This document shows positions 11,781-22,547 of a DNA stretch of 64,000 nt, one piece after another. The translations under genes and the position numbers were made by a program. The notes beneath the pieces are model-generated. The model was not told the DNA's origin. It searched no databases and saw only the letters and a program-made list of their open reading frames with translations. The number at the start of each line of letters is the position of its first letter. The stretch's first letter is position 1. Origin of the DNA: Nemertoderma westbladi (Eukaryota; Animalia; Xenacoelomorpha); contig JAUCBJ010000657.1 of the NCBI GenBank assembly GCA_032718475.1, positions 1-64,000 of the forward strand, written 5' to 3'.

Positions 11781-11791
11781 GTAGGAATGTG
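11781..11791 (+). promoter_or_regulatory. Non-tRNA primer-binding site of inner element
   Basis: GTAGGAATGTG abuts the LTR and is the exact reverse complement of CACATTCCTAC at 10724-10734. Confidence 0.7.
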
Positions 11792-12586
11792 TTTTACTGA
11801 ACTACGGTTCGGTAGGACTAAAGTTATTTGAAAATTTTGTATTTTGAGGTAAAATTTGTATTTGATTAGCTAAGTGCTAATATTTTGAAATAAAATTTGA
11901 TTTGAACCGCGTGTAAAATATTTTGGAATTGAATACCGGTGTTTAAAAGGGTTTAAATACCATATTGTACCGGTACAAAATTTTTCGTAAAGTAAAACCT
12001 AACTCTTTTGTTTTTCAGGATTCAGAACTCATTTCTAGACTGTAACGGGAGCAAGACCGTGTTTAGCAAGTTTGGGAGATAGATAACTCAACAACTTTGG
12101 TTGGGAAAATCGCGTTTCGTCCGCAACGTTAAAAACGGAAAGGTTCACGTTCGGTTTGTATCTGGGAATCTGTTTTTCTGGAGAATTATTGGAGTGGGTG
12201 AGTTTGAAAAGTTGCATAAATAAGTTAGGCAATACCGTATTAGTTAAAATTATTGTGGGTTCCACTGTCTCAAGTATTTATGCATTCCGTATGATTTCTT
12301 TGTTCATTGCTGAATTAGTCCGTATTATTGTATTTAATTTACCTTTTGATAACGCATATCGTTATCCGATTTATTTGTTATAAAATTGGCCGCTAGGCTA
12401 ATTTTATTATATACTTATTCCGTGACATTCATTTGCTGTAAAATTGGCCGTTTAGGCTAATTTTATCCATCTGCTATAAAATCGGCCGGTAGGCTAATTT
12501 TATATGACTGTAATTAGTACCGTTTTATATAAATACGGTAAACTCGATACTTTGACACTCACTTCACTTGACTTACAACTACTGAA

Positions 12587-15500
12587 ATGAGTGACAAACA
12601 AGACTATACAAAGAATACACAAACCGACTATGACTCGTGCAACGGAGATAAGTCAGCAGCGGAAGAACAACAGGGGAAGACTCGCGAGCCTACCGAACCT
12701 ACACCGTGTGCGTCACCAGTACATCCAACGGGAGTACCGGATGCCGTAGTACGAGGCGACGGCAGGACCGAGGACTTTCTAACTGTTCCGCAACCTAGAT
12801 ACAGGGAAACGGACATGGTAAGTTCAGCAGGAAGCACAGAAAGTGTGGTTAGAAGCGTCGGTGGATACATGGCGCATATTACCAGGAGTATTGGAGAAGG
12901 CCAACGCATATTAGACGGGTTGACCGCTCCGATGTCTCGATTCGAGTTCTACACCCTCCAGGTTAGAGTACAGAGTAAAGTATATAAGTCCGTAGATAAT
13001 CTAGTTGGCCTACAAGATCTAGCTAGACAGAGACAGGACATGGATACCCAACTTAGAATCCTCGAGAAACTAATGATCACTAGAGAGAAACTGATTCAGT
13101 TTAAGTCGACGATTAGACAGATACAACAGGAACAAGCGGACCAGTTGTTAGGTGAGTCAGTTTCGGACGAATTATTACAGCCCGAGGAAGAACAGGAACT
13201 GTACCGACTGGATGGACAATTGAAACATCTGACGGACCACTTACATATGTGCGGCGAAGACGTCGGCGATTTGGAAACCGTGCCGGAATATACGAGGGAA
13301 ACTTCACCTGTACGAATCGAATCGGCACCGGGAATACTGGATCAATCTCTGGTGAGTATTCATAGCGAAATCGGCGAGGGAAGTATGGCTACGTCAGAAA
13401 TTGCTCGACAACAACAGCTCTGCAGACAACAACAGGAGATGGAGGAACAAACTCAACTTCTAATGCTACAAGCAGCTGTAGAAGAAGAGAAGCTACGCGT
13501 TGCAAATATAGCAAGAATCTCCCATCTGCAAGAACAAGCCGAGTTGGAAGCAGCCGAGATGGAAAGGTTAGAGTTGGACATTGCGCAACAAACAGCAGCA
13601 GCGGCAGCGGCTGAGTCAGAGCGACAAGCGGCAGCAGCAGCGGCAGCGGCTGAGTCAGAGCGACAAGCGGCAGCGGCAGCGGCTGAGTCAGAGCGACAAG
13701 CGGCAGCGGCAGCGGCAGCGGCAGCGGCAGCGGCGGAGTTAGAGAGAAACCGGTTAGTTTTAGAAGCCAGAGCAGAGATGAAGACACGGCAAATAAAGGC
13801 CCAGTCAGCTATACGACAAGCGGAACTCGAGGCGCAACAACAACAAACGGAACAACACGAGAAAGAAGTTAAACTTCGTTTCGAACTCGAGAAGAAGGCG
13901 AGAGAATTAGCCAACGCCAAGGAAGACCTAGATCTACAAGCCCGCGATCGATCGATGAGATCTCGAGACGGACATGACTTGGACCAAATAGAGGTAAGAC
14001 ATCGCCAAATTCAGGAACGGAAGAAGGAAGGAAGCGTAGGAGCACCCGGACGGGAACGACAATTAGTAAAGGACTTGTGTCAACGATTCCCACAGGTAAC
14101 TCATATGTTTGCACCGGTTACGACTAAGGAACCTGTTTCGATTGCGGGTAGTAGTAACATTTCTCCTATCCATGGTGCGACGGAACACAGGTTTGTTATT
14201 CCGGACGAGTTTACACCGCCAAGAGCAACGTCGTCGCCTATTCCGAAAGTCAAGGTAAGTAACCCACCGATTACAGATCGTAGTAGTTTATTAGTCGAAC
14301 CTGTATTACTGACGACTAAACAGGTGAGTCCACCTCTGACGCCAAAACCTGTTACACACTACGCTTACCCAATGACGTTTAGGCCAACAAGGCCTTTGGA
14401 TTCAAACGCTGTTACTCGACCACCGGTTCAGTCTACGACTGAACCGACTTCGAGGAAGACTTGTGAGCCTACCGAACAACGGAGAACAGTGGATACGCGA
14501 CCATTCAATCAATTTACATCGCAATCTACGACTTCGAGGAAGACTTGTGAGCCTACCGAACAACGGAGAACAGTGGATACGCGACCATTCAATCAATTTA
14601 CATCGCAATCTACGACTTCGAGGAAGACTTGTGAGCCTACCAAACAACGGAGATCAGTGGACGATGTTCCGAAACGAAACGTTAGAATTCGAACGACACA
14701 ACGGACGCGAGCACGTCGACCACCATATCCAGATGATAGTAGTACTTCGAGCGAATCGGATTATCCGAAACGCGAGGTATTTAGAACAGGGGCGGCCGAT
14801 GAATATAAACGCGAGCGTTCAGACAACTCCTTTGTAGACAATCCTCCACAGAATACACCGACACAGAAGGCGTTACCACCAGCGGGCGCGATCGGTGCAC
14901 AACAGTTCGCCGACATTGTCAACAAGTTGGCCCGGATTGAGGAACGTCTGGAGGAAGGTTACACCGACAGTTCGAGAAATTCCGAATTCGAACACAATAG
15001 ACACCCGAAGGAACCACAAAGACCGGTACCTTCAAACCCCACATCGTATCAGGGAAAAGCGCCCAGAAGGGAGAACATCAACCAGGTTACCAACCAAGGA
15101 CGCGAAACTCTGAACGTTGCCGAGGAGATAGCGAAATTCGCAGCCAGACAAGGATTGCCGGTGCAACAACCACCGAAGTTTTCCGGTAGCTCAAAACACT
15201 GGCATACCTTCGTAGACTATATCGAATCCCAGATCGCCGTGTGCGCCTTTACATCACGGGAGAAGTTCAATTACCTGCTTCAAACGTTGTCAGGAGAACC
15301 TAAACGTTTGGCAGAGACCTTCGTTGGTGTACCGGACGCTTTCGAACTAGCGTACGATCGTTTAACTTCGATATACGGAGGTACAGTTAGTATGGCCAGG
15401 TCAGTAATAGAGGAACTCTGTAAGGGAGGGGCTATCACTAAACCCGTCGACTTACTAAAACTAGCTGACGAGATCAAGAACGCTATCACTACCTTAAGAT

Positions 15501-18500
15501 CAATTGGACAACTTGATTACGGGAATACCCCTACAGTCCTATTAAAGATCATAGGACGACTCCACCATCGACTTCGTCGGGAGTGGAGAAAGGTCGAATA
15601 CCAGCGAGAGGAGCGGGGAGGATTCTTAAAATTAGAAGATGTGTACCTTTTAATATCCAGGGAGGCGGTAGTAGAAACTCGATCTAACTACACCGACCAG
15701 CACATCGTGGCAGAAGGAATCACACTGCCATCCTCCAACCGACAAAAACCCCAGACAACATCCACTAAGACAGCCACTTACGCCACACCGACGGAATCAC
15801 GACAATTCTCAGACGGTAATAGAGTATCTGCGCCCATTGGGACGAAACAGACGAGACAGCAACTCAGCGCCGACTTCAGTGGCTGCCAATACTGCGAGCA
15901 TCTAGGTAAGCGGTATATCGGTCACAAGTTACGAGGTTGTCGACAATTTCGCGAGTTGAACTCGGAAGAACGACGGCTGCAAATACGGCCATTGGACTCT
16001 TGTTGGCGGTGTACGCGACACGGACACGTCCGTAAAGATTGCCCAAATACCGACACTTGTCCATCCTGTGGACGCAACCACGACGGTCTGCTCCACACAG
16101 ACAGCCACACGCCGACGAAACGCTTCGCCAGGGAACACCCGGAAGCAGCAGCGAGATGTGATGCGGCCTACCGAAAACGAGAATCGAAAACGACTCCAAC
16201 CTTCGTGACCCATATTGAGGATTGCTTCTCAGAACAATCCGGATCGTCGGACGAAGAATCAGAAAACGACGACGAATATTCCAATGGAGACGAACAACCG
16301 TCGATCGCGCTTCTAACCACTGACCAACTGAAGGGATTCAGTGTAATCCCGATTAAGATCACTGGCACAAAGGGGAGTAAGAGGATCTACGCGATTCTAG
16401 ATTCAGCCTCATCTCACAGTTACGTGGATGAAAAGATAGCTGACGTCGTGACGGATCTCAGACAAGGTAAACACGTCAGTTATACAGTAAGTAGTATGCA
16501 CGGACAGCGTGCAATACCAGTGACACGAGTTAAGTTGGACTTAGACTCTCTTCTTCCAAAATCGCAACACAGCGAGAGGGAGAGGTCTTTGTTACCATTT
16601 AGAGATCTAACCTTTGCGGCCACGAAGGACTTTAGTAACCTACTAGGTCCAGTGCCGGAACAATCTCTGGAGGACCGTAAGTATTTCAGACACCTTGGTG
16701 TACCCGAATGTCCTGTCAATTATAGATCGGTAGCAATGCTGATCGGGACGGACCAATTCAACCTACATCAGGTGTGGGAAACCAGACCATCGGCAGTTGT
16801 AGCGGGAAACGCATACGCCTGCAGAACGCCGATAGGGTGGTATACTCGAGCGCCTGTGCGCACACTAGACGTAAGTGACGAGGAAGACGATGTACAGAGT
16901 ACATGTAGTTTATTAACTACAAATTCAATTCATTCCTTTTCACACGACGTGAACCATACTACGCTACAGTCGACAAAACATGACAGACGGGTAACTAGTA
17001 TGATAAGTCACAAGGAGCAGCTAACCCACAAGGTGAGTTTAGAACTTGGGGGGAAGACGAGTCAGCTAGAGATTCCATCGACGACAGATGATAGGCTTGC
17101 GAGTCTACCTACCCCAATAACCTCAACAGTGCCCGTCGATATCGACGATGACGCGTTGAAAATTCATCAGTTGGAACAAGCGGACCTAGATAAAGAATTA
17201 ACGGAGAAGACTATCAGGTGGTTAGAACAAGATACAGCTGAACCTGGTAGCTACGAACCTTGTATGTCGGAACAGGAGAAACAATCTCTAAAGATCATGG
17301 AAGATACTATCCGACAGACGGAGGACGGACATTACGAGGTGGGGATGTTATGGCGTAGCCAAAGTCCTAAACTTATAAATAACTACCCACTGGCTTTGAG
17401 ACGTCTACACTCAATACGACAACGTCTATTAAAGGACGAGAAAGCCCATCTGCAGTACAACACTCAGATGGAGACGTATTTGACTAAAGGATACGCTATC
17501 CGAATGACTAACCCGGAGCGAGTGACCGACCAAACATACTACCTGCCACATCACTATGTGAGACATCCCGACAAACCAGATAAAGTACGCGTAGTCAATG
17601 ATTGTGCGGCTCTATTTGAGGGAATGTCCCTCAATAGTGAGTTGATGGATGGACCGAACATGAATAATTATCTTATGGGGGTGATTATGCGCTTCCGTCA
17701 GCGTCAAGTAGCCTTTACTTGCGACGTTGAAGCGATGTTTCACCAAGTAAAGGCGTTAGAGCGAGACAGAGACAGTTTGCGGTTCCTCTGGTATCCGGAA
17801 GGAGACTTAAGTCTACCACCAGCGACTTACCAAATGCAAGTTCGCGTTTTCGGTGCCAGAGACAGCCCAAATTGTACGATGTACGCCCTGAAGCAAGCCG
17901 CTAGAGATCAGAAACATCTATATGACCCAGAGATAATTAAAATCGTAGAACGTGACTTTTACGTCGATGACGGTTTACAGAGTTGCGACACAGTAGAACG
18001 TGCTACAACAGTAGCACATCAATTACGGGACTGCTTGGCGGGCGGAGGTTTTAACCTCACCAAATTCGCCTCAAACAGTGCCGAATTAGTAGACTCATTC
18101 GGAACTACTGAGCGTGGAGGTGGTGACATAGACCTAGAGTTCGAACCACTACCGACGACTAAGGTGTTGGGGCTCTTTTGGGACCCAAACACAGACAACT
18201 TTCGAGTGAAGGTGAGACTGGACAGTCAAGGAAACACACTGACCAAGAGATCATGCTTGTCAAAATTGAGCCGATTGTTCGATCCGTTAGGATTCATCAG
18301 TCCAGTGATACTGCAAGCCCGCATTTATATGCGCAGTATATGGAAGGATGGACTAACATGGGACGAGCCGATCTCATCAGACCAAGTGGACTTATGGAAG
18401 ACCTGGGAGGCGGAATTATCTTCGCTAGAGGATTATTCCATACCCAGGGTTTACTTTCCATTACAAAGTACATTTCCTGACAACTTGGAACTACACTGTT

Positions 18501-18724
18501 TTTCTGACGCCAGTGATAACGGTTTTGGTGTGGCAGCGTACTTGCGCAGACAAGTAGAATCAGACGAGTTCGATGTTTCGCTCATTACTTCCAAGGCTAA
18601 GACCATGCCTACTAAGTATATGACGACACCACGAGCCGAGCTACAAGCCGCGACCCTGTCAACCACCATCGTGAACCTCATACAGAGAACTACAGTCGAG
18701 TTTACAGATATTTTATTGGACTGA
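12587..18724 (+). CDS. BEL/Pao Gag-protease-RT-RNase H polyprotein (ends at a frameshift)
   Basis: Gag PKFSG..W..F motif; knuckles CWRCTRHGHVRKDC and CPSCGRNHDGLLH; protease ILDSAS; RT CDVEAMFHQV and FYVDDG; RNase H LHCFSDAS. The WTD motif continues in the +1 frame at ~18713. Confidence 0.93.
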   Translation: MSDKQDYTKNTQTDYDSCNGDKSAAEEQQGKTREPTEPTPCASPVHPTGVPDAVVRGDGRTEDFLTVPQPRYRETDMVSSAGSTESVVRSVGGYMAHITRSIGEGQRILDGLTAPMSRFEFYTLQVRVQSKVYKSVDNLVGLQDLARQRQDMDTQLRILEKLMITREKLIQFKSTIRQIQQEQADQLLGESVSDELLQPEEEQELYRLDGQLKHLTDHLHMCGEDVGDLETVPEYTRETSPVRIESAPGILDQSLVSIHSEIGEGSMATSEIARQQQLCRQQQEMEEQTQLLMLQAAVEEEKLRVANIARISHLQEQAELEAAEMERLELDIAQQTAAAAAAESERQAAAAAAAAESERQAAAAAAESERQAAAAAAAAAAAAELERNRLVLEARAEMKTRQIKAQSAIRQAELEAQQQQTEQHEKEVKLRFELEKKARELANAKEDLDLQARDRSMRSRDGHDLDQIEVRHRQIQERKKEGSVGAPGRERQLVKDLCQRFPQVTHMFAPVTTKEPVSIAGSSNISPIHGATEHRFVIPDEFTPPRATSSPIPKVKVSNPPITDRSSLLVEPVLLTTKQVSPPLTPKPVTHYAYPMTFRPTRPLDSNAVTRPPVQSTTEPTSRKTCEPTEQRRTVDTRPFNQFTSQSTTSRKTCEPTEQRRTVDTRPFNQFTSQSTTSRKTCEPTKQRRSVDDVPKRNVRIRTTQRTRARRPPYPDDSSTSSESDYPKREVFRTGAADEYKRERSDNSFVDNPPQNTPTQKALPPAGAIGAQQFADIVNKLARIEERLEEGYTDSSRNSEFEHNRHPKEPQRPVPSNPTSYQGKAPRRENINQVTNQGRETLNVAEEIAKFAARQGLPVQQPPKFSGSSKHWHTFVDYIESQIAVCAFTSREKFNYLLQTLSGEPKRLAETFVGVPDAFELAYDRLTSIYGGTVSMARSVIEELCKGGAITKPVDLLKLADEIKNAITTLRSIGQLDYGNTPTVLLKIIGRLHHRLRREWRKVEYQREERGGFLKLEDVYLLISREAVVETRSNYTDQHIVAEGITLPSSNRQKPQTTSTKTATYATPTESRQFSDGNRVSAPIGTKQTRQQLSADFSGCQYCEHLGKRYIGHKLRGCRQFRELNSEERRLQIRPLDSCWRCTRHGHVRKDCPNTDTCPSCGRNHDGLLHTDSHTPTKRFAREHPEAAARCDAAYRKRESKTTPTFVTHIEDCFSEQSGSSDEESENDDEYSNGDEQPSIALLTTDQLKGFSVIPIKITGTKGSKRIYAILDSASSHSYVDEKIADVVTDLRQGKHVSYTVSSMHGQRAIPVTRVKLDLDSLLPKSQHSERERSLLPFRDLTFAATKDFSNLLGPVPEQSLEDRKYFRHLGVPECPVNYRSVAMLIGTDQFNLHQVWETRPSAVVAGNAYACRTPIGWYTRAPVRTLDVSDEEDDVQSTCSLLTTNSIHSFSHDVNHTTLQSTKHDRRVTSMISHKEQLTHKVSLELGGKTSQLEIPSTTDDRLASLPTPITSTVPVDIDDDALKIHQLEQADLDKELTEKTIRWLEQDTAEPGSYEPCMSEQEKQSLKIMEDTIRQTEDGHYEVGMLWRSQSPKLINNYPLALRRLHSIRQRLLKDEKAHLQYNTQMETYLTKGYAIRMTNPERVTDQTYYLPHHYVRHPDKPDKVRVVNDCAALFEGMSLNSELMDGPNMNNYLMGVIMRFRQRQVAFTCDVEAMFHQVKALERDRDSLRFLWYPEGDLSLPPATYQMQVRVFGARDSPNCTMYALKQAARDQKHLYDPEIIKIVERDFYVDDGLQSCDTVERATTVAHQLRDCLAGGGFNLTKFASNSAELVDSFGTTERGGGDIDLEFEPLPTTKVLGLFWDPNTDNFRVKVRLDSQGNTLTKRSCLSKLSRLFDPLGFISPVILQARIYMRSIWKDGLTWDEPISSDQVDLWKTWEAELSSLEDYSIPRVYFPLQSTFPDNLELHCFSDASDNGFGVAAYLRRQVESDEFDVSLITSKAKTMPTKYMTTPRAELQAATLSTTIVNLIQRTTVEFTDILLD
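14436..14660 (+). repeat. 84-bp in-frame tandem repeat in gag (~2.6 copies)
   Basis: TSRKTCEPTEQRRTVDTRPFNQFTSQST repeated. Confidence 0.9.
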
Positions 18725-18731
18725 CGCGACG

Positions 18732-19583
18732 TTGGTTTTATTTTACATAAACAACGACACACTCGAATTCAAGACATTCGTAGCTAACCGTCGCGCGGAA
18801 ATTCTAGACCGTTCAATAAAAGAGGATTGGCGACATTGTCCCGGACCACAAAACCCAGCTGATATTGCGTCGCGAGGAATGATGCCTGAGGAATTCTGTA
18901 AACCGGAGAACAAAGAGTTTTGGCAACACGGACCCCAGTTCTTGCAGAAATCGACACAAGATTGGCCTCCGTTATACGACAACAAGTCCAACACCATTCC
19001 TAAGGACGCCGAAATCAAGAAACCAAAAAAGGGGAAGACAAAGAAAAAGACGACGGCGGCAAAACTCAAGAACAAACCGAAGGCGAAATGGAAAGATATA
19101 ACTTCAAAGGTCAAGAGAGGAAGACTTGCGAGCCTTTCTACACCAGACATATCGCCAGACGGTCAACCAGACACGTTACTAGACGGTCAACCAGACGTTT
19201 TGACAGACATATCACAAAATGTTCCACCAGACGCTAGTAACACACTGACAAACAGTAAAGCCGCAGTTTCTCTATTGGAGCGGCCTTCTATTGACAAACA
19301 ACTAGATACGTTACCAGGCGTATCGCCAGACACATTACTAGACAGTCGACTAGACACTAGTAATGTATTGACTAACAATAAAGCCGCAGTTTCCCTATTG
19401 GAGCGGCCTTGTATTGACAAACTACCAATTTTGACACACTTGAGCAACCATAAGCACGGTGAAACCTCATGTATTACAGATGTGGGTAGTACCTACGCTA
19501 ATGTAAATACAGGTGTCACTTTGCGCTCAAGAGACATACCGAACTTGCAACCTATGGTACCTAAAGAGGTGAGGTCTCTATAG
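18732..19583 (+). CDS. Pol continuation: RNase H C-terminus plus low-complexity extension
   Basis: FVANR, WRHCPGPQNPADIASRG, WQHGPQFL motifs. Confidence 0.85.
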   Translation: MVLFYINNDTLEFKTFVANRRAEILDRSIKEDWRHCPGPQNPADIASRGMMPEEFCKPENKEFWQHGPQFLQKSTQDWPPLYDNKSNTIPKDAEIKKPKKGKTKKKTTAAKLKNKPKAKWKDITSKVKRGRLASLSTPDISPDGQPDTLLDGQPDVLTDISQNVPPDASNTLTNSKAAVSLLERPSIDKQLDTLPGVSPDTLLDSRLDTSNVLTNNKAAVSLLERPCIDKLPILTHLSNHKHGETSCITDVGSTYANVNTGVTLRSRDIPNLQPMVPKEVRSL

Positions 19584-20516
19584 GGGTGCCATAAAAAGGC
19601 GGCGGCGGACTCGTGAGGGTCTGGGGGCACGTTAAATTGGTTGCTAAGTGCAAGGGAGATACTTAAGGCCCTCGTGTCTAACGAACCATGAATTGCCATG
19701 GTGCCGTTGTACCGTCTAGTCGGCCTGTTGCCGTACTGCCAGTCCTGTACACAGTAGGGGTGGTGGCATGGCGTGATTTGTGGCTCATGTGGTATGAACT
19801 ATGTTTTGTATGTGGGCGATCAGTGGCAGTTTGCTTGGGGCTTGGATGGTTCCATTGACCGTCAGCTGTTCCGTTTTTTTGATACTATATGTTATTGTCT
19901 CCATGTTCAGCTGATTGGTCTTTGGTGGCATTGGAATAAACCGTCGGGTCTTGAGTTTTCTGTTACTGTGGGTATGTGAGTACACGTGATTGTATGTGTG
20001 GCCACTGCGAGTAGGTATGGGAACCCTTGTCAGTTGGACAAGACGCCGCTGGTATTAGTAGGACCATACTTTACTGCACCCCAGCATACTTTGTGCACAC
20101 AAAGTTATTTTACCCTGTCGGTAAAATAAAGTACTCTCGATTTGCTGCCGATCGATACAATTTTGTCCCCTCTGAATTTGTCCCTTCCGATTTTGACCCC
20201 GATTTTGTCTTTACCCGATTATGTCTTCTGTGTGTGCATGGTATGTGTCAGATTTTGTGTTTACCGTAGTGTACTTGATTTCGTGAACATCTGTTGAGTA
20301 CACGTGTACAGGACGGGTAAGTGGTTACTTGTTCCTAGCTTTCGAGCTAGTCAATATTGTTTGTGGAACTTACTTCCCCTCAATATTGCCGGCGAGGCAG
20401 GTGAAAACGTGTCAAAATTCCATGTTGGGTAGCGCAAGCCCACTTGGGACAAGACCGTCGGTTAGGCCCAAGGGCGACCTTGGTGCTCGATCGCTATCGA
20501 CTGGTCCACCTGCCGG

Positions 20517-22547
20517 TTGACTCTTTGTTATACTTTGAGTTGGCTCAATGTACAGTCAGGCCACAGTAAGTTGACAGTAGCCGCCCATCTGGCTACACGT
20601 TCGACGAGCTGTGCTGGTGTGATCGGGGGACCGAAAACAGAACCCGGGAAGCATCAGGCCACCCTCCGGCCCGGTCTGAAAATAACATCAGTAGGACTGG
20701 CCCCAGGGGTGGTGGAAAGGTGTCCGCCTCATGGGTGCGCCTCGGAGTCATCAGAGAGGAGCCCAGAAGGACGCAAGTGGAGACCTGGGATTAATGTCGG
20801 CAGAAAAATAAGTTTACCGAAACCCACAGATCCCATAGAGTTCAAACCACCATTAACGATCGACTTACAAAGTACCGACAATCAAGGTAAGAAGACAAAA
20901 GGGGACAAATTACTTGTAGACCCGGACGGATCAACAGTCAACAAGGGAATACTTACCGGCGGACCCGTGGGCCCTTCTAGTAATTCAAAACCTTCCAAAT
21001 TCTCAATTGACTTACCTGATGACGTCACAAATACTCATGTCGACCGTATTGTAAACCTAACAGATTCTTGGTCAAACGCTTGCCGAAAATTAGCGTGGAT
21101 TGTACGTTTTGTACAATACGTTAAAGGCAAACGCGACTTTACACGTCGACTTACATTGGCTGAGATTGACAGGTGTGAAATTATATTAATTCGCCATTAT
21201 CAACTGCGATATTTCGCGCGCGAATTCACATCCATAAATCAAGGTCAACCAATCAAGTCGTCACCGATACTGAGTTGGAGTCCGATAATTTATAATGGCT
21301 TAATTTGTCATAAATCTCGGCTTCAAAACATTGACTTTAATACGAATTTTAGATACCCAATAATAATACCGCAACACCACGAACTACAACGTGCAATGAT
21401 ACTGGACGCACATTTACATCTGAAACACGCTGGAAGACACCACTGTCTTTCCTACTTACGTACTAGATTTGTATTAATTAGACCCAGTAAAGTGTTAAGT
21501 TCAGTGACACGTACGTGTATTATTTGTAAAAAGGTACATTCTAGAATAGGTACCCAAGAAATGAGTGAACTACCACAAGCACGACTTCAAGCATTCAGAC
21601 CACCTTTTACAGAGACTGGAATTGATTGCTTTGGTCCCATACATACGAAACGTGGATGTATACTAGTAAAACGCTGGGGACTGATTTTCACATGTATGTC
21701 CAGTAGGGCAGTTCATATTGAACGTGTGATGGATCTTTCCACCAACGCGTTTATACTAGCACTGCGGCGATTTATCGCTAGACGCGGACTAGTAAAATGC
21801 TTGTACTCAGACCAAGGGACAAACTTTGTTGGTGCTCGGAATGAGATTGCTAGAGCCTTTAAGAAATTAGATCATGATCAAATCTCGAACGAACTGCAAC
21901 CTCACAAGATTGTTTGGAAGTTTAATCCTCCAGATAGTCCTTGGAGAGGCGGAGTCTGGGAGAGATTGATTAGATCTATAAAGACAGCCATGGCAAAGGT
22001 CATTCCAGTAAACCACATATTAACAGACGACCAACTGACAACATTGTTTGTTGAAATCGAGGCAATACTAAATACTAGACCAATAGTATTAGTACCCGAT
22101 GACAAACAATCTCAGTTTGCTTTGACACCGGCACACCTGCTTATGCAGGCACCGACTACTTTGACACCTATTTCTATTCCAACAGAAAGCGACAGCTACG
22201 GTAGAAAAGCGTGGAAAATCACGCAACTACTGGCTAACAAATTCTGGGAAATATGGCAAAACCATTATTTGCCCTCTATTTCTGCCAGAACAACATGGTA
22301 CAATAACACCCGCGCATTAAAGCCGGGAGATCACGTGCTGTTAGCGGAAGTGAATCTAAAAAGACGCTTCTGGATAACAGGTGTAATTTTAGCCACACAT
22401 CCATCTATGGATGGAGTGACAAGGACTGTGACGGTACGGACAATTGACGGTCGTACAGTAGACAGACCGACACAACGTCTCGTACTTCTTGAAGAGACTC
22501 GTAACGAGTCAGGAGACTACAAATCTCCACCTAATATTAGTAAATAA
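20517..22547 (+). CDS. BEL/Pao integrase (same frame as 18732-19583)
   Basis: HHCC (HLHLKH..CIIC), GIDCFGP, SDQGTNF, WERLI and C-terminal DGVTR motifs. Confidence 0.92.
   Translation: MTLCYTLSWLNVQSGHSKLTVAAHLATRSTSCAGVIGGPKTEPGKHQATLRPGLKITSVGLAPGVVERCPPHGCASESSERSPEGRKWRPGINVGRKISLPKPTDPIEFKPPLTIDLQSTDNQGKKTKGDKLLVDPDGSTVNKGILTGGPVGPSSNSKPSKFSIDLPDDVTNTHVDRIVNLTDSWSNACRKLAWIVRFVQYVKGKRDFTRRLTLAEIDRCEIILIRHYQLRYFAREFTSINQGQPIKSSPILSWSPIIYNGLICHKSRLQNIDFNTNFRYPIIIPQHHELQRAMILDAHLHLKHAGRHHCLSYLRTRFVLIRPSKVLSSVTRTCIICKKVHSRIGTQEMSELPQARLQAFRPPFTETGIDCFGPIHTKRGCILVKRWGLIFTCMSSRAVHIERVMDLSTNAFILALRRFIARRGLVKCLYSDQGTNFVGARNEIARAFKKLDHDQISNELQPHKIVWKFNPPDSPWRGGVWERLIRSIKTAMAKVIPVNHILTDDQLTTLFVEIEAILNTRPIVLVPDDKQSQFALTPAHLLMQAPTTLTPISIPTESDSYGRKAWKITQLLANKFWEIWQNHYLPSISARTTWYNNTRALKPGDHVLLAEVNLKRRFWITGVILATHPSMDGVTRTVTVRTIDGRTVDRPTQRLVLLEETRNESGDYKSPPNISK

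Noticed and set aside
18700-18732. Programmed frameshift in inner pol
   Set aside because: It falls inside the conserved RNase H WTD motif at a T run, and the outer element is in frame here; a mutation or sequencing indel is more likely.
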